Assembly: GCA_002310215.1 (NCBI GenBank)
Contig: DBYR01000013.1
Coordinates: 147,137 to 211,136, forward strand
DNA length: 64,000 bases
Source: Bacteroidales bacterium UBA1181
GTDB lineage: Bacteria; Bacteroidota; Bacteroidia; Bacteroidales; Paludibacteraceae
Direction of reading: 5' to 3'
Shown: piece after piece, positions 35,519 through 45,162 of the stretch
Numbering within the stretch: position 1 is the first letter of the stretch
Layout of the letters: every line of letters starts with the position of its first letter
The notes under the pieces: generated by a model
What the model saw: the letters and a program-made list of their open reading frames with translations, nothing else
What the model was told of the DNA's origin: nothing
Databases searched by the model: none
Made by a program: the position numbers and the translations under genes

Positions 35519-36910
35519 TCAGTCCCAATTGATTAAATAGAGCCGATTCGTCGCACGCGTGAAGGCCGTATAGAGCCAGCGGAGATACTCCGCATTCACC
35601 ATATCCTCCGTCACATACCCCTTATCCAAGAAGACATTCCGCCACTGCCCACCCTGCGCCTTGTGGCACGTGACCGCATAGGCGAACTTCAACTGCAACG
35701 CGTTCAGGAAAGGATCCTCCCGCATCGCCTTCATACGGTCCCGCTTGTTGCCGATCTCCATATAATCCTCCTGCACGGCGAGGAAGAGGCGGTTGCTATC
35801 CTCGTAGGTGAGGGCGGGCGACTCGCTCCGCAGGGTGTCCAACAATATCTTCGCATCAATTTCGATATCATAATCAGGGAAATAGAGGGAAGCTTCAGCG
35901 AAGTGGAAGCCATAGACCTCGCTCCGACGGCGCACACGGCGCACCTCCGCGATATCACCATTTGCGATGAAATCCAGCTTACCGTCCGTCTGTTTAGCCC
36001 AGAAGTAATTGTTCTTCACCACCATCACCCAATCGCCCGAAGAGAAATCCTCCTCACGATAGAGAATCCTATTACGTATTCCTTCGTTAAATATATTCGT
36101 CCGCTTGTTTGTCCTCGAGACGATGATGGTCTCGTCCATCCCCTCTTGGCTGTAGGAAGAGGCGATCTCCTCGACAAGATCCTCCCCCGAGATCTTCCTA
36201 ATGTCAGGGAAGTCCATGTCCACTTTCGGGAAGGAACCCTCCACACCCTGCATCAGGAGGAGACGGAGAGCGGTCGCATTGTACAGGATGCCCGATTCAT
36301 TCGCTTGGCGGACCACATCCGTCAGGAGGTACTCGTCGATCGGGAAACCATAGCCCTTCATATAATCCGAGCACAAGGCGGGGCTCTCCTCCTGCCCCAC
36401 AGGCGGGAGCTGCGCCGTATCGCCCACCAGGATCATGCGGCAACCATCCCCGCCATAGACATACGACATCAGGTCGTCCAGCAAGTTACCCGTACCGAAG
36501 ACGGAATCCCCCGCATTGGCGAGCATAGAAGCCTCATCCACAATGAATAGCGTATGCTTATGGAGATTCACGTTCAGGGAGAAGTCCGCATCCAAGCTCC
36601 CCCCCACCCGTTGCCGGTAAATCTTCCGATGCACCGTGGAGGCGGGATGTCCCGAATAGGAGGAGAGCACCTTAGCGGCCCTGCCCGTGGGGGCCATCAA
36701 CACGACGGGCTGTTCCAACTCGTCCATCACCTTGATCAAAGCCGAAACGACCGAAGTCTTACCCGTTCCCGCATAACCCTTCAGAAGGAAAAGATGGTCC
36801 AAACCATCCACGACAAAGGCAGACAACATATCGATTAAGGTCTGTTGTTGCACCGTGGGAGCATGCTCAAACGAGGCGATTATTTTGTCCGACAAAAACC
36901 GTTTCATCAC
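35519..36910 (-). CDS. RecD/TraA-like superfamily-1 DNA helicase
   Basis: 463 aa. Walker A GYAGTGKTS, Walker B LFIVDEASM, and the C-terminal motif AVTCHKAQGGQW. Confidence 0.85.
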   Translation of the reverse strand: MMKRFLSDKIIASFEHAPTVQQQTLIDMLSAFVVDGLDHLFLLKGYAGTGKTSVVSALIKVMDELEQPVVLMAPTGRAAKVLSSYSGHPASTVHRKIYRQRVGGSLDADFSLNVNLHKHTLFIVDEASMLANAGDSVFGTGNLLDDLMSYVYGGDGCRMILVGDTAQLPPVGQEESPALCSDYMKGYGFPIDEYLLTDVVRQANESGILYNATALRLLLMQGVEGSFPKVDMDFPDIRKISGEDLVEEIASSYSQEGMDETIIVSRTNKRTNIFNEGIRNRILYREEDFSSGDWVMVVKNNYFWAKQTDGKLDFIANGDIAEVRRVRRRSEVYGFHFAEASLYFPDYDIEIDAKILLDTLRSESPALTYEDSNRLFLAVQEDYMEIGNKRDRMKAMREDPFLNALQLKFAYAVTCHKAQGGQWRNVFLDKGYVTEDMVNAEYLRWLYTAFTRATNRLYLINWD

Positions 36911-37012
36911 TTTTTTTCAAAATAACTTTGGTTAAAAGCCCATGTTAAAACCTTTTTTTTTATTTTTGTGCATCAAAAAGAAAAGAGAACAAAAATAATT
37001 ATTAAAAACGAT

Positions 37013-37696
37013 ATGAGAAACGTATTAAAAGCCCTTTTGATTGTAGCCTCAGTTCTTTTGGCGTACATGTGCTACAGAAGCGTGATGAACCCTATTGAAT
37101 TTGAGGAACAGAAGGCAGTCCGTGACAAAGCGGTCATCGAAAAATTGATCAACATCCGTAAGGCGCAAATCGCTTATAACGAGGCGAATATGAAGTATGC
37201 GGATAAGATGTCTGATTTGATCAACTTCATCAATACGGGTGTGATTCCGAAGGTAGCCAAGAAGGGTGAGTTGACGGATGAGCAGTTGAAGGCCGGATTG
37301 ACCGAGGAAATCGCGATTAACCTCACAGCGGAAGATGCCGCCAAGTATGGTATCACCAATTATGATTCTTTCATGACCAACTTCCGCCGCGACACGAACT
37401 ACGTGAACGTGAAATCATCCATTTTCGGAGAAGGATTCAATACGGACACGTTCGATGTAGTGCCTTTCACCAACAAACAGGCCAAGTTTGATTTGAAGAG
37501 CACCATGTTCCTCACCAAGTCAAACGTTGAAGTGCCATTGTTCGAGGCAAGCGTGCCTTACGACGTTTACTTGAACGGACTGAACAAACAGGAAATCATC
37601 AACCTCAACGAGAAGGCTAAGACGTTAGGTAAATTCGCAGGCCTGAAGGTGGGTGACATCAGTTCGCCAAACAATAACTCTGGTAATTGGGAGTGA
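37013..37696 (+). CDS. Membrane-anchored hypothetical protein
   Basis: Internal Met of ORF 36968..37696, followed by an N-terminal anchor (ALLIVASVLLAYMCY). A TATTTTTG -7 box lies at 36961-36968. Confidence 0.55.
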   Translation: MRNVLKALLIVASVLLAYMCYRSVMNPIEFEEQKAVRDKAVIEKLINIRKAQIAYNEANMKYADKMSDLINFINTGVIPKVAKKGELTDEQLKAGLTEEIAINLTAEDAAKYGITNYDSFMTNFRRDTNYVNVKSSIFGEGFNTDTFDVVPFTNKQAKFDLKSTMFLTKSNVEVPLFEASVPYDVYLNGLNKQEIINLNEKAKTLGKFAGLKVGDISSPNNNSGNWE

Positions 37697-37700
37697 TTAT

Positions 37701-38537
37701 ATGGTAGAAATAGCGGAGTCATCATTCGACCCGGCGGATTCGCCCAATCATACATTATCCATTCGGTTTTTGCCGGATGGATTTTGTTTTGTCGTGGCCT
37801 CCCTCACAGAGAGGAGACCGCTCTATTTCTGCCTGATAAAGGAGGCGGGGAAGAGCGTCATGCAGCAATTCACCGAGCAGCTCAACAAATTGGACTCCCT
37901 GCGCCGCAAGTACAGCGAGGTGTTTTTCCTAAATGACGACAAGGCGTACACATTGATGCCTTCGGCCATCCTCAATGAGTCGGATAAGATCGCCTATTGG
38001 GAATTCAGTACCCAAGGGGATTCTTCCAACGTGAAAATCATGCAGGATTCCATGGAGCTATGCGGCGCGGCCCTTCTCCATAGCATCTCGGCGCAATTGT
38101 CCGACCTTCTTACGGAACGTTTTCCCTCCATCCGATTCATCCATCGGCAAAGCATCCTCGCCACCCAAACGATGATGCGTAGCAAAGAGTCCGGGGAGGA
38201 ATCCGTCAGTATCCTTATGGGGAATGGGCGTTTCGACTTGGTGGCCGTGAAGGAAGGAGTGCTGCAGATGGCTAACACATTCTCCAGAAAAAACGACGAG
38301 GAGTTCCTCTACTTCACACTCAACGTCTTCGACCAACTGAAAATGGACCCCTATAAGACGAAAGTAACCATACAGGGGGATGTGACCGACAAGGATTCGG
38401 CAGTGACCCGATTGAACAAATATGTCAGCGACGTGACAGTCCATGCCCATCCTTCCGTGGAATTGGGCAAATCGTTCTCGAAGTCCAACATCTGCCAGAA
38501 ACAAATGATTCTTTTCGATTTGCCATCATGCGTATAG
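37701..38537 (+). CDS. DUF3822-like protein
   Basis: The ATG lies 4 nt after the preceding stop. HTLSIRFLPDGFCFVV resembles the DUF3822 N-terminal signature. The gene overlaps the rsmD start. Confidence 0.65.
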   Translation: MVEIAESSFDPADSPNHTLSIRFLPDGFCFVVASLTERRPLYFCLIKEAGKSVMQQFTEQLNKLDSLRRKYSEVFFLNDDKAYTLMPSAILNESDKIAYWEFSTQGDSSNVKIMQDSMELCGAALLHSISAQLSDLLTERFPSIRFIHRQSILATQTMMRSKESGEESVSILMGNGRFDLVAVKEGVLQMANTFSRKNDEEFLYFTLNVFDQLKMDPYKTKVTIQGDVTDKDSAVTRLNKYVSDVTVHAHPSVELGKSFSKSNICQKQMILFDLPSCV

Positions 38538-39070
38538 TTAGCGGAAAATACAAAGGGAAGCGGTTCTCTCCACCTAAGAACCTGAAAGCGCGTCCAACCA
38601 CGGACGTGGCGAAGGAAGCATTGTTCGACATCCTCAACAACCGTATCGATTACGAGGAGACAAGGGTGCTGGACATGTTCGGTGGAACCGGCAGCATCAG
38701 CCTCGAGTTCGCTTCGAGAGGTTGCCCGAGCGTCACCCTGATCGAGATGAACGCCACCAACTACCTATTCATCAAGAAGACCCTCTCCGAACTGAAGGCG
38801 ACCGAGATCAACGCCATCAAGGGAGACACCTTCAAGTACATAGAGAGATGCGGCTCTAAGTTCGACGTGATCTTCGCCGACCCTCCGTACGATCATCCAC
38901 GCCTCCAAGAGATACCAGACCTCGTGTTCCAAAACGACGCGCTGCACGGCGAAGGCCTCCTCATATTGGAGCACCCCAAAGAGTTCAGCTTCGAGAATCA
39001 TCCGAACTTCCTCGAACACAGGAAATATGGCCATGTGAACTTCACGTTCTTCCAAAAAACGACAGAATGA
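38528..39070 (+). CDS. rsmD: 16S rRNA (guanine966-N2)-methyltransferase RsmD
   Basis: 180 aa. MRIVSGKYKGKRF...RPTTDVAKEALFDIL, SAM motif DMFGGTGS, and DPPY. Confidence 0.85.
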   Translation: MRIVSGKYKGKRFSPPKNLKARPTTDVAKEALFDILNNRIDYEETRVLDMFGGTGSISLEFASRGCPSVTLIEMNATNYLFIKKTLSELKATEINAIKGDTFKYIERCGSKFDVIFADPPYDHPRLQEIPDLVFQNDALHGEGLLILEHPKEFSFENHPNFLEHRKYGHVNFTFFQKTTE

Positions 39071-39426
39071 ATTATCTAATAGTAGACAATCTGCAGATCT
39101 ACGCCTACCACGGCGCAATCCCCACGGAGAACAAAGTGGGCGGTGAGTACAGCATCTCACTGAAGATCGGTTACGACTTCTCGCAAGCCGCCCGCATGGA
39201 CAGCCTGAAGGACGCCATCAACTACGCGGAAATCTGCGAATTGATCCGGAAGGAGATGAAACAACCCTCCCAACTGATCGAAAACGTGGCGTGGAGGATA
39301 CAACAGACCATTCTATCTAAATACCCGCAGATTGAGACGATGGAGACCACCGTCCGCAAGATGCACCCACCCGTACCCTTCCCTATGGAGGCGGCCGCCG
39401 TAGTGCTCAACTACACGAAGGGATGA
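39067..39426 (+). CDS. folB: Dihydroneopterin aldolase
   Basis: 119 aa. YAYHGAIPTENKVGGEY and INYAEICELI are typical FolB motifs. The start overlaps the rsmD stop. Confidence 0.85.
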   Translation: MNYLIVDNLQIYAYHGAIPTENKVGGEYSISLKIGYDFSQAARMDSLKDAINYAEICELIRKEMKQPSQLIENVAWRIQQTILSKYPQIETMETTVRKMHPPVPFPMEAAAVVLNYTKG

Positions 39427-39540
39427 CCCAAATGCGGGAAAATCGCAGGGGGCAGACAATCCGCAGACGTCCCAAAAATTTCCACCAAATTATTTTGCGT
39501 ATAAGAAAAAAATAATTTCCTTTGTGAAAGATAAACATAG

Positions 39541-39689
39541 ATGATTTTATCCATGAGCAATTCGAAGAATAACAACAAACGTTGGTGGCGCAGATTCTGA
39601 TTCAAACGGAGGGTCTGCAACTAGCGTATGAGACATATTCAAACAAGATAGTGAAACCGCAAGCCTCCGAGGTCTGCGGTTTTTCTTTT
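39541..39689 (+). promoter_or_regulatory. Trp leader-peptide transcription attenuator (leader ORF 39541/39553..39600 ending ...KRWWRRF; terminator 39656-39689)
   Basis: The leader ORF atg(attttatccatg)agcaattcgaagaataacaacaaacgtTGGTGGcgcagattctga has tandem Trp codons. It is followed by hairpin accgcaagcctc/gaggtctgcggt plus tttttctttt, 38 nt before the trpB2 ATG. Confidence 0.75.
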
Positions 39690-39726
39690 GCTTTTTAGGA
39701 AACAATATTTTTAATAACATATCAAA

Positions 39727-41091
39727 ATGGAAAAACAAAAAAGATTCTTATTGCAAGAGAACGAAATACCACGGAAGTGGTATAACATCGTAGCGGACAT
39801 GAAGAACAAGCCGCTTCCTATGTTGAACCCACAGACAAAGAAACCTATCACCGTCGATGAGATGTGCGGACTTTTCAACCGCGCATGTTCCGAGCAGGAG
39901 TTGAACACGACGGACGCATGGATTGAGATACCTGAGGAGGTACGTGACCTCTACAAGAGCTATCGTTCCACGCCTTTGGTAAGGGCTTACGGACTCGAGA
40001 AGGCATTGGACACGCCAGCGCACATCTACTTCAAGAACGAGAGCGTCAGCCCTGTCGGCTCACACAAACTGAACTCCGCTTTGGCGCAGGCTTACTACTG
40101 CAAGAAGGAGGGTGTGACCAACATCACGACGGAGACCGGCGCAGGACAATGGGGTGCCGCCCTCTCGTACGCAGCAAAGGCATTCGGTTTGGAGTTGGCT
40201 GTCTTCATGGTAAAGGTCAGCTACCACCAGAAACCATACCGTCGCTCCATCATGCAGACCTTCGGTGCGCAGGTGATCGCTTCCCCAAGCATGAGCACAC
40301 GCGCCGGCAAAGATATATTGACCGCTAACCCAAGCTACCAAGGCAGTTTGGGTACCGCCATCTCGGAGGCGGTGGAGCTCGCCATGCAGACACCTAACTG
40401 CAAATACGTGTTGGGTAGCGTCTTGAACCACGTGACCCTCCACCAGACCATCATCGGTTTGGAGGCTGAAAAGCAGATGGAGATGGCAGGCGAATACCCT
40501 GACATCATCATCGGTTGCTTCGGCGGTGGATCCAACTTCGGCGGACTCTCCTTCCCATTCATGAGACATAACATCTTGGACGGTAAGAAGACGCAGTTCC
40601 TTGCGGCTGAGCCAGCTTCATGCCCTAAACTGACCCGAGGCGTCTTCCAATACGACTTCGGTGATGAGGCAGGTTACACACCAATGTTACCTATGTACAC
40701 GTTGGGGCATAACTTCGCACCAGCCCATATCCACGCAGGCGGTCTCCGCTACCACGGTGCGGGAACCATCGTCAGCCAGTTGATCAAGGACGGCATGATG
40801 AAGGGTGTGGACATCCCTCAGTTGGAGACTTTCGAGGCGGCTACGTTGTTCGCCCGCACAGAGGGTATCATCCCAGCTCCAGAGTCTTCCCACGCTATCG
40901 CCACCGCTATCCGCGAGGCGAAGAAGGCAAAAGAGGAAGGCAAGGAGAAGGTCATCCTCTTCAACCTTTCCGGACACGGATTGATCGACATGACCGCTTA
41001 CGACCAGTTCATCGAAGGCGACCTCGTCAACTACGAGTTGCCGGATGAGGTGATCAAAGCGAACGTGGATAAACTGGAGCACATCATCTAA
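39727..41091 (+). CDS. trpB: TrpB2-type tryptophan synthase beta subunit (PLP-dependent)
   Basis: 454 aa. IPRKWYNIVADM N-terminus, PLP-lysine motif SPVGSHKLN, and GCFGGGSNFGG. Confidence 0.9.
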   Translation: MEKQKRFLLQENEIPRKWYNIVADMKNKPLPMLNPQTKKPITVDEMCGLFNRACSEQELNTTDAWIEIPEEVRDLYKSYRSTPLVRAYGLEKALDTPAHIYFKNESVSPVGSHKLNSALAQAYYCKKEGVTNITTETGAGQWGAALSYAAKAFGLELAVFMVKVSYHQKPYRRSIMQTFGAQVIASPSMSTRAGKDILTANPSYQGSLGTAISEAVELAMQTPNCKYVLGSVLNHVTLHQTIIGLEAEKQMEMAGEYPDIIIGCFGGGSNFGGLSFPFMRHNILDGKKTQFLAAEPASCPKLTRGVFQYDFGDEAGYTPMLPMYTLGHNFAPAHIHAGGLRYHGAGTIVSQLIKDGMMKGVDIPQLETFEAATLFARTEGIIPAPESSHAIATAIREAKKAKEEGKEKVILFNLSGHGLIDMTAYDQFIEGDLVNYELPDEVIKANVDKLEHII

Positions 41092-41130
41092 TGATGTGGT
41101 GAAAATGATATACGTTTCCTATCAATTAGT

Positions 41131-41165
41131 GAGGGCGAGCCGATTGGTTCGCCCTCTTCGTTTTC
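41131..41165 (+). terminator. Rho-independent terminator after trpB2
   Basis: gagggcga (41131-41138) pairs with tcgccctc (41149-41156), followed by ttcgttttc. Confidence 0.65.
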
Positions 41166-41255
41166 GGCAGCCACCTACCCCATAAGGGAACTCGTTTGCA
41201 ACAAAATTCCTATAAAAAGAAACAATTTTTCTACCTGTGATTGGATTCATATACC

Positions 41256-41263
41256 TATATTTG
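41256..41263 (+). promoter_or_regulatory. Candidate -7 promoter box TATATTTG for the GH30 gene
   Basis: Exact TAnnTTTG match about 150 nt upstream of the ATG at 41410. Confidence 0.4.
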
Positions 41264-41409
41264 CCACCGTTGATAGACGTGCAACATCTGTGGTAGCTAA
41301 AAGAAAAAAGTATTAAGTAAGCATATATTAACAACAAGCGCACACGTCAATGAATGGATACGGCATACCCACATCTGTGATGTGTTGCGCTTTTTGAAAA
41401 ACACGAAAA

Positions 41410-43593
41410 ATGAAAAGATTAAGAGCAGATTTGAAGAAATGGGTTTGCGCTTGCATCGCCCTCATGCCTATGGTGGCTACAGCGCAGACGGTTAACGTGG
41501 ACCTCAGCAAGGAGTACCAACTCATCAAGGGGTTCGGTGGCATTAACTTCCCGACATGGATCGATGACCTCTCCGCCAGCCAGCGTGAGACGGCTTTCGG
41601 TAACGGCGAGGGGCAATTGGGCCTCTCCGTCCTGCGTATCCATGTGGACCCTGAGGAGAGCAACTGGAGCAAGGAGGTCGCCACGGCGCAAAACGCTGTG
41701 AAGAAGGGCGTCACTGTATTCGCCTCCCCTTGGAGCCCGCCGTCGAGCATGACGGAGCCTTACCAATCGTCCAAGCGTCTGAAAACGAGTTCGTACGGGG
41801 CTTACGTGCAGCACCTGAACAAGTTCATCGACTACATGAAAGATAAAGGCGTGGATCTCTATGCCATGTCCATCCAAAACGAGCCGGACTATGGTTCCGA
41901 CTGGACGTGGTGGCCTTCGAACGACATGGCTACTTTCATGGCGAACTATGCGCAGGACATCAAGTGCAGGGTCATGGCGCCGGAGTCTTTCCAATACACG
42001 AAGAGCACGTCCGACCCAATCCTCAACAACTCCAAGGCGCTAGCCAACCTGGATATCCTCGCCACCCACCTCTACGGTACGCAGGTGAGCCAATTCAGCT
42101 ACCCGCTCTTCCAACAGAAGGGTGCGGGAAAGGAGCTCTGGATGACGGAGGTCTACTACCCGAACAGCAGCAGCGACGCGGATACCTGGCCGGAGGCGCT
42201 GGAGGTGGCGGACCACATGACGAACGCTGTCGTGAGGGGTAATTTCCAAACCTACGTGTGGTGGTACATCCGCCGCTCCTATAGCTTGATCAAGGATAAC
42301 GGCAATGTCACCAAGCGTGGCTATTGCTTCGCACAGTACTCTAAGTTCGTCCGCCCGGGCTTCGTCAGGGTGGACGCTACCCAGAACCCGACGAATAACG
42401 TGAATATATCCGCCTTCAAGAAGGATAACGATATCGTCCTCGTGCTCGTCAACAAGAACACGAGCTCCAAGACGCTGACCATCTCCATCCCCGGCTCGCA
42501 GGTCTCCTCGTGGGAGCGCTACGTGACCAGCGGTCAGAAGAACGTGAAGAAGGAGGAGGACGTCAACGGTGGTACTTCTTTCCAAATCACTTTGGAGGCC
42601 CAGAGCGCCACGACCCTTGTGGGCGGCGGGAAGAAGGGCACGCCGAAGGTGAGCTTCACTTCGCCTACCGCCAGCGATGACCTGGAGGCGCCCGCTACCG
42701 TCACCCTCTCCGTCGACGCGACGGACGAGGACGGCTCCATCCGCTCCGTGGCCTTCTACAATGGCGACACGAAACTGGGCGAGTCCACCTCCGCACCTTA
42801 CACCTACACGATTGAGGGACTGAAGGAGGGTACCTACACTCTCTCCGCCGTTGCCACAGACAACGAGGGGAACGAAGGGAAATCAACCGTCACGGTGACC
42901 GTGCATGTGCCACAAACGCCTTACAAGGGCACGCCTAGCGTTCTGCCTGGCAAGATTGAGGTGGAGGAGTATGACCTCGGCGGCAGCGGTATCGCCTACA
43001 GCGATGCGGAGGAAGAGAACAAAGGGAAGGCGAACTTCCGCACGAACGAAGGCGTGGACGTGGAAAAATGCGGTGATGGCATGGCTATCGGTTACACCAA
43101 CGAAGGAGAGTGGCTCGAATATACGGTGGATGTGAAGAAGACAGACACCTACAAATGGAGCGCACGTGTCGCCTCCGGTAGTGACGGCTCCTCCTTCCAC
43201 CTGATGATCGACGGCAAGGAGATCACCTCGACCACCAAAGTGCCTAACGGTGGTGACTGGGACACCTACACCGTCATAGAGGGCAAGACCTCGCAGATAG
43301 AGGAGGGCACGCACGTACTCAAGCTTGTCATCGACGGCAACTACGCCAATGTGGACTGGATCGAGTTCGAGGCGGAAAGCGGCTATACGGAAACAGGGCT
43401 CACAAACACATCAGGCGATGAAAATAGATTCGTGGGCACATTCCTTCTCACGGACATGAGCGGAAGAAGTCTTGGGGAAGTCTCCATCAAAAAAGGTGAA
43501 AAAGTGGAGGAAGTGCTAAAGAGGAAAGGCCTTCCTGCTGGCATATATATACTCTCAAGAAATGAAAACGGATTTATGACTGAAGTTAAATAA
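41410..43593 (+). CDS. Secreted GH30 (glucuronoxylanase-like) enzyme with an Ig-like module, CBM6-like module and T9SS type-A CTD
   Basis: 727 aa. GH30 motifs IKGFGG, YAMSIQNEPDY and LWMTEVY. CBM6-like segment IEVEEYD...ANVDWIEF. C-terminal sorting-domain-like tail GIYILSRNENGFMTEVK. Confidence 0.88.
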   Translation: MKRLRADLKKWVCACIALMPMVATAQTVNVDLSKEYQLIKGFGGINFPTWIDDLSASQRETAFGNGEGQLGLSVLRIHVDPEESNWSKEVATAQNAVKKGVTVFASPWSPPSSMTEPYQSSKRLKTSSYGAYVQHLNKFIDYMKDKGVDLYAMSIQNEPDYGSDWTWWPSNDMATFMANYAQDIKCRVMAPESFQYTKSTSDPILNNSKALANLDILATHLYGTQVSQFSYPLFQQKGAGKELWMTEVYYPNSSSDADTWPEALEVADHMTNAVVRGNFQTYVWWYIRRSYSLIKDNGNVTKRGYCFAQYSKFVRPGFVRVDATQNPTNNVNISAFKKDNDIVLVLVNKNTSSKTLTISIPGSQVSSWERYVTSGQKNVKKEEDVNGGTSFQITLEAQSATTLVGGGKKGTPKVSFTSPTASDDLEAPATVTLSVDATDEDGSIRSVAFYNGDTKLGESTSAPYTYTIEGLKEGTYTLSAVATDNEGNEGKSTVTVTVHVPQTPYKGTPSVLPGKIEVEEYDLGGSGIAYSDAEEENKGKANFRTNEGVDVEKCGDGMAIGYTNEGEWLEYTVDVKKTDTYKWSARVASGSDGSSFHLMIDGKEITSTTKVPNGGDWDTYTVIEGKTSQIEEGTHVLKLVIDGNYANVDWIEFEAESGYTETGLTNTSGDENRFVGTFLLTDMSGRSLGEVSIKKGEKVEEVLKRKGLPAGIYILSRNENGFMTEVK

Positions 43594-43690
43594 GGCGGAT
43601 TTCCACAACCAGGCCCGCACCATCCCAATAGGTGCGGGGACTATGAATAACCTGAAATTCCGCCATACCTGCGCACTATTATGAATTGGT

Positions 43691-43729
43691 CCAGTTAAAC
43701 CCCTCACCAGGGTTTAACTGGATTTTTTT
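43691..43729 (+). terminator. Strong rho-independent terminator
   Basis: ccagttaaaccc (43691-43702) pairs with gggtttaactgg (43710-43721), followed by attttttt. It abuts the stop of the convergent capA-like gene. Confidence 0.7.
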
Positions 43730-45008
43730 ACCATTCCAAACGATAGCGGTCGTCCGTGATGCTCCATAACGTAGAATCCATTCCCCCACGCAACACCCGC
43801 AACGCATCGTCGTAGGCATGTCGGATGCGCTTTTTGTCCTTCGCCCAGAGCTTTATCACCTCGTCCGGTTTGTCGTGCGCCTTTACGACGGGCAGGACAC
43901 CGATATGGTTGGAGCGCCAGTAGGTGTAGGTCGGCACCACATAGACGTTTTGGATGAAGGTGCTATCTTTCTTCTTGACGATGTCCACCTGTAGGATTGC
44001 CCCGATGTCCTTGGGAATGCTGTCGCGGAAGACTTGGCTGGAGAGGAAGTTGCCAAGGGAGTAGGCGACCAAGCTCTTCGGTGCGGTACTATCCGCCGGA
44101 AGGATATCCATGCGTTGGAGGATGTGCGGATGGGCCATCAGGATGAGGTCGCAGCCCGCACGGTGAAGCGAGTCTGCCATCCTGCGTTGGTAGCGGTTCG
44201 GCTGTTTCTGGTACTCCGTGCCGCAGTGCAGGTACGCCACGGTGAAATCCGCGCCCGCCCGCCTCAGCCGACGGATCGTCTCGCACATGCCGCTCACCTT
44301 CGCAGAGTCGTACTTACAGAACTCATTGACCATGAAACGTTTATTCTTAGGCACGAAGACCCCATTCAGGCTATAGGTATAACTGCAGAAACCCACCTTG
44401 ATACCGTTGCGTTCGACGATGCAGAGCCTCTCCCGCTCCGTGGAGTCGCGCGATGTGCCATGGTGGAGGATATGCAGGGAGTCGAGCAGGTCCAGGGTGG
44501 CGGTGACCCCCTCCGGGTAGCCATCCATCGTGTGGTTATTCGCCGTAGCCAGCAGGTCGAACCCGGCCTCCGCCAACGTTGCGGCGAAGCAGTCCGGCGC
44601 ATTGAAATAGGGGAAGGAGGCATATCCGTAGACATCCGCCCTGCGACCCTTCTCCTTGCCGGCAAAGACGGTCTCCAAGTTGCCGATCAGGAGGTCATTC
44701 TCGTCCAAGTAAGACTGGATTTGTTGGAAGATAGGGCTGAAATCGAAGGTATCGGTGTCGTTCCGGTAGGCTTTCTCCATCTGGTAATCATGCATCATCA
44801 GGTCACCCACCGCACCGATACGAAGCCTACGAAGCGGCTCGTCCTCCACCAATACGGAAGTGTCAGGCATGATGGAGTCGACGCAAAGGGAATCCGCCTG
44901 CTCGTCAACCGCTCTCTTTGAGGCGTTGTCAAACCCGCAAGATGTCGCCAGGATAACATACAGGAATAACCATCCTAAGGGATACAAAAAACCTTTATCA
45001 CATACCAT
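43728..45008 (-). CDS. CapA/PGA_cap family metallophosphatase-like lipoprotein
   Basis: 426 aa. Lipoprotein signal ...ILATSCG, plus RIGAVGDLMMHD and ATANNHTMD motifs. Confidence 0.8.
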   Translation of the reverse strand: MVCDKGFLYPLGWLFLYVILATSCGFDNASKRAVDEQADSLCVDSIMPDTSVLVEDEPLRRLRIGAVGDLMMHDYQMEKAYRNDTDTFDFSPIFQQIQSYLDENDLLIGNLETVFAGKEKGRRADVYGYASFPYFNAPDCFAATLAEAGFDLLATANNHTMDGYPEGVTATLDLLDSLHILHHGTSRDSTERERLCIVERNGIKVGFCSYTYSLNGVFVPKNKRFMVNEFCKYDSAKVSGMCETIRRLRRAGADFTVAYLHCGTEYQKQPNRYQRRMADSLHRAGCDLILMAHPHILQRMDILPADSTAPKSLVAYSLGNFLSSQVFRDSIPKDIGAILQVDIVKKKDSTFIQNVYVVPTYTYWRSNHIGVLPVVKAHDKPDEVIKLWAKDKKRIRHAYDDALRVLRGGMDSTLWSITDDRYRLEW

Positions 45009-45162
45009 GTCCCATCATTAAATCCACCACGAAGGTAAGAAAATATGTTATCAAATGGTGCTAATTGATAAGAAAACTAAAAAATTGTTTAAACAGTAGG
45101 GAGGGAAACGAATAATCATTAAATTTGAGCGTTTTAATGGGTATGAATAGCTGGATTGAAAA

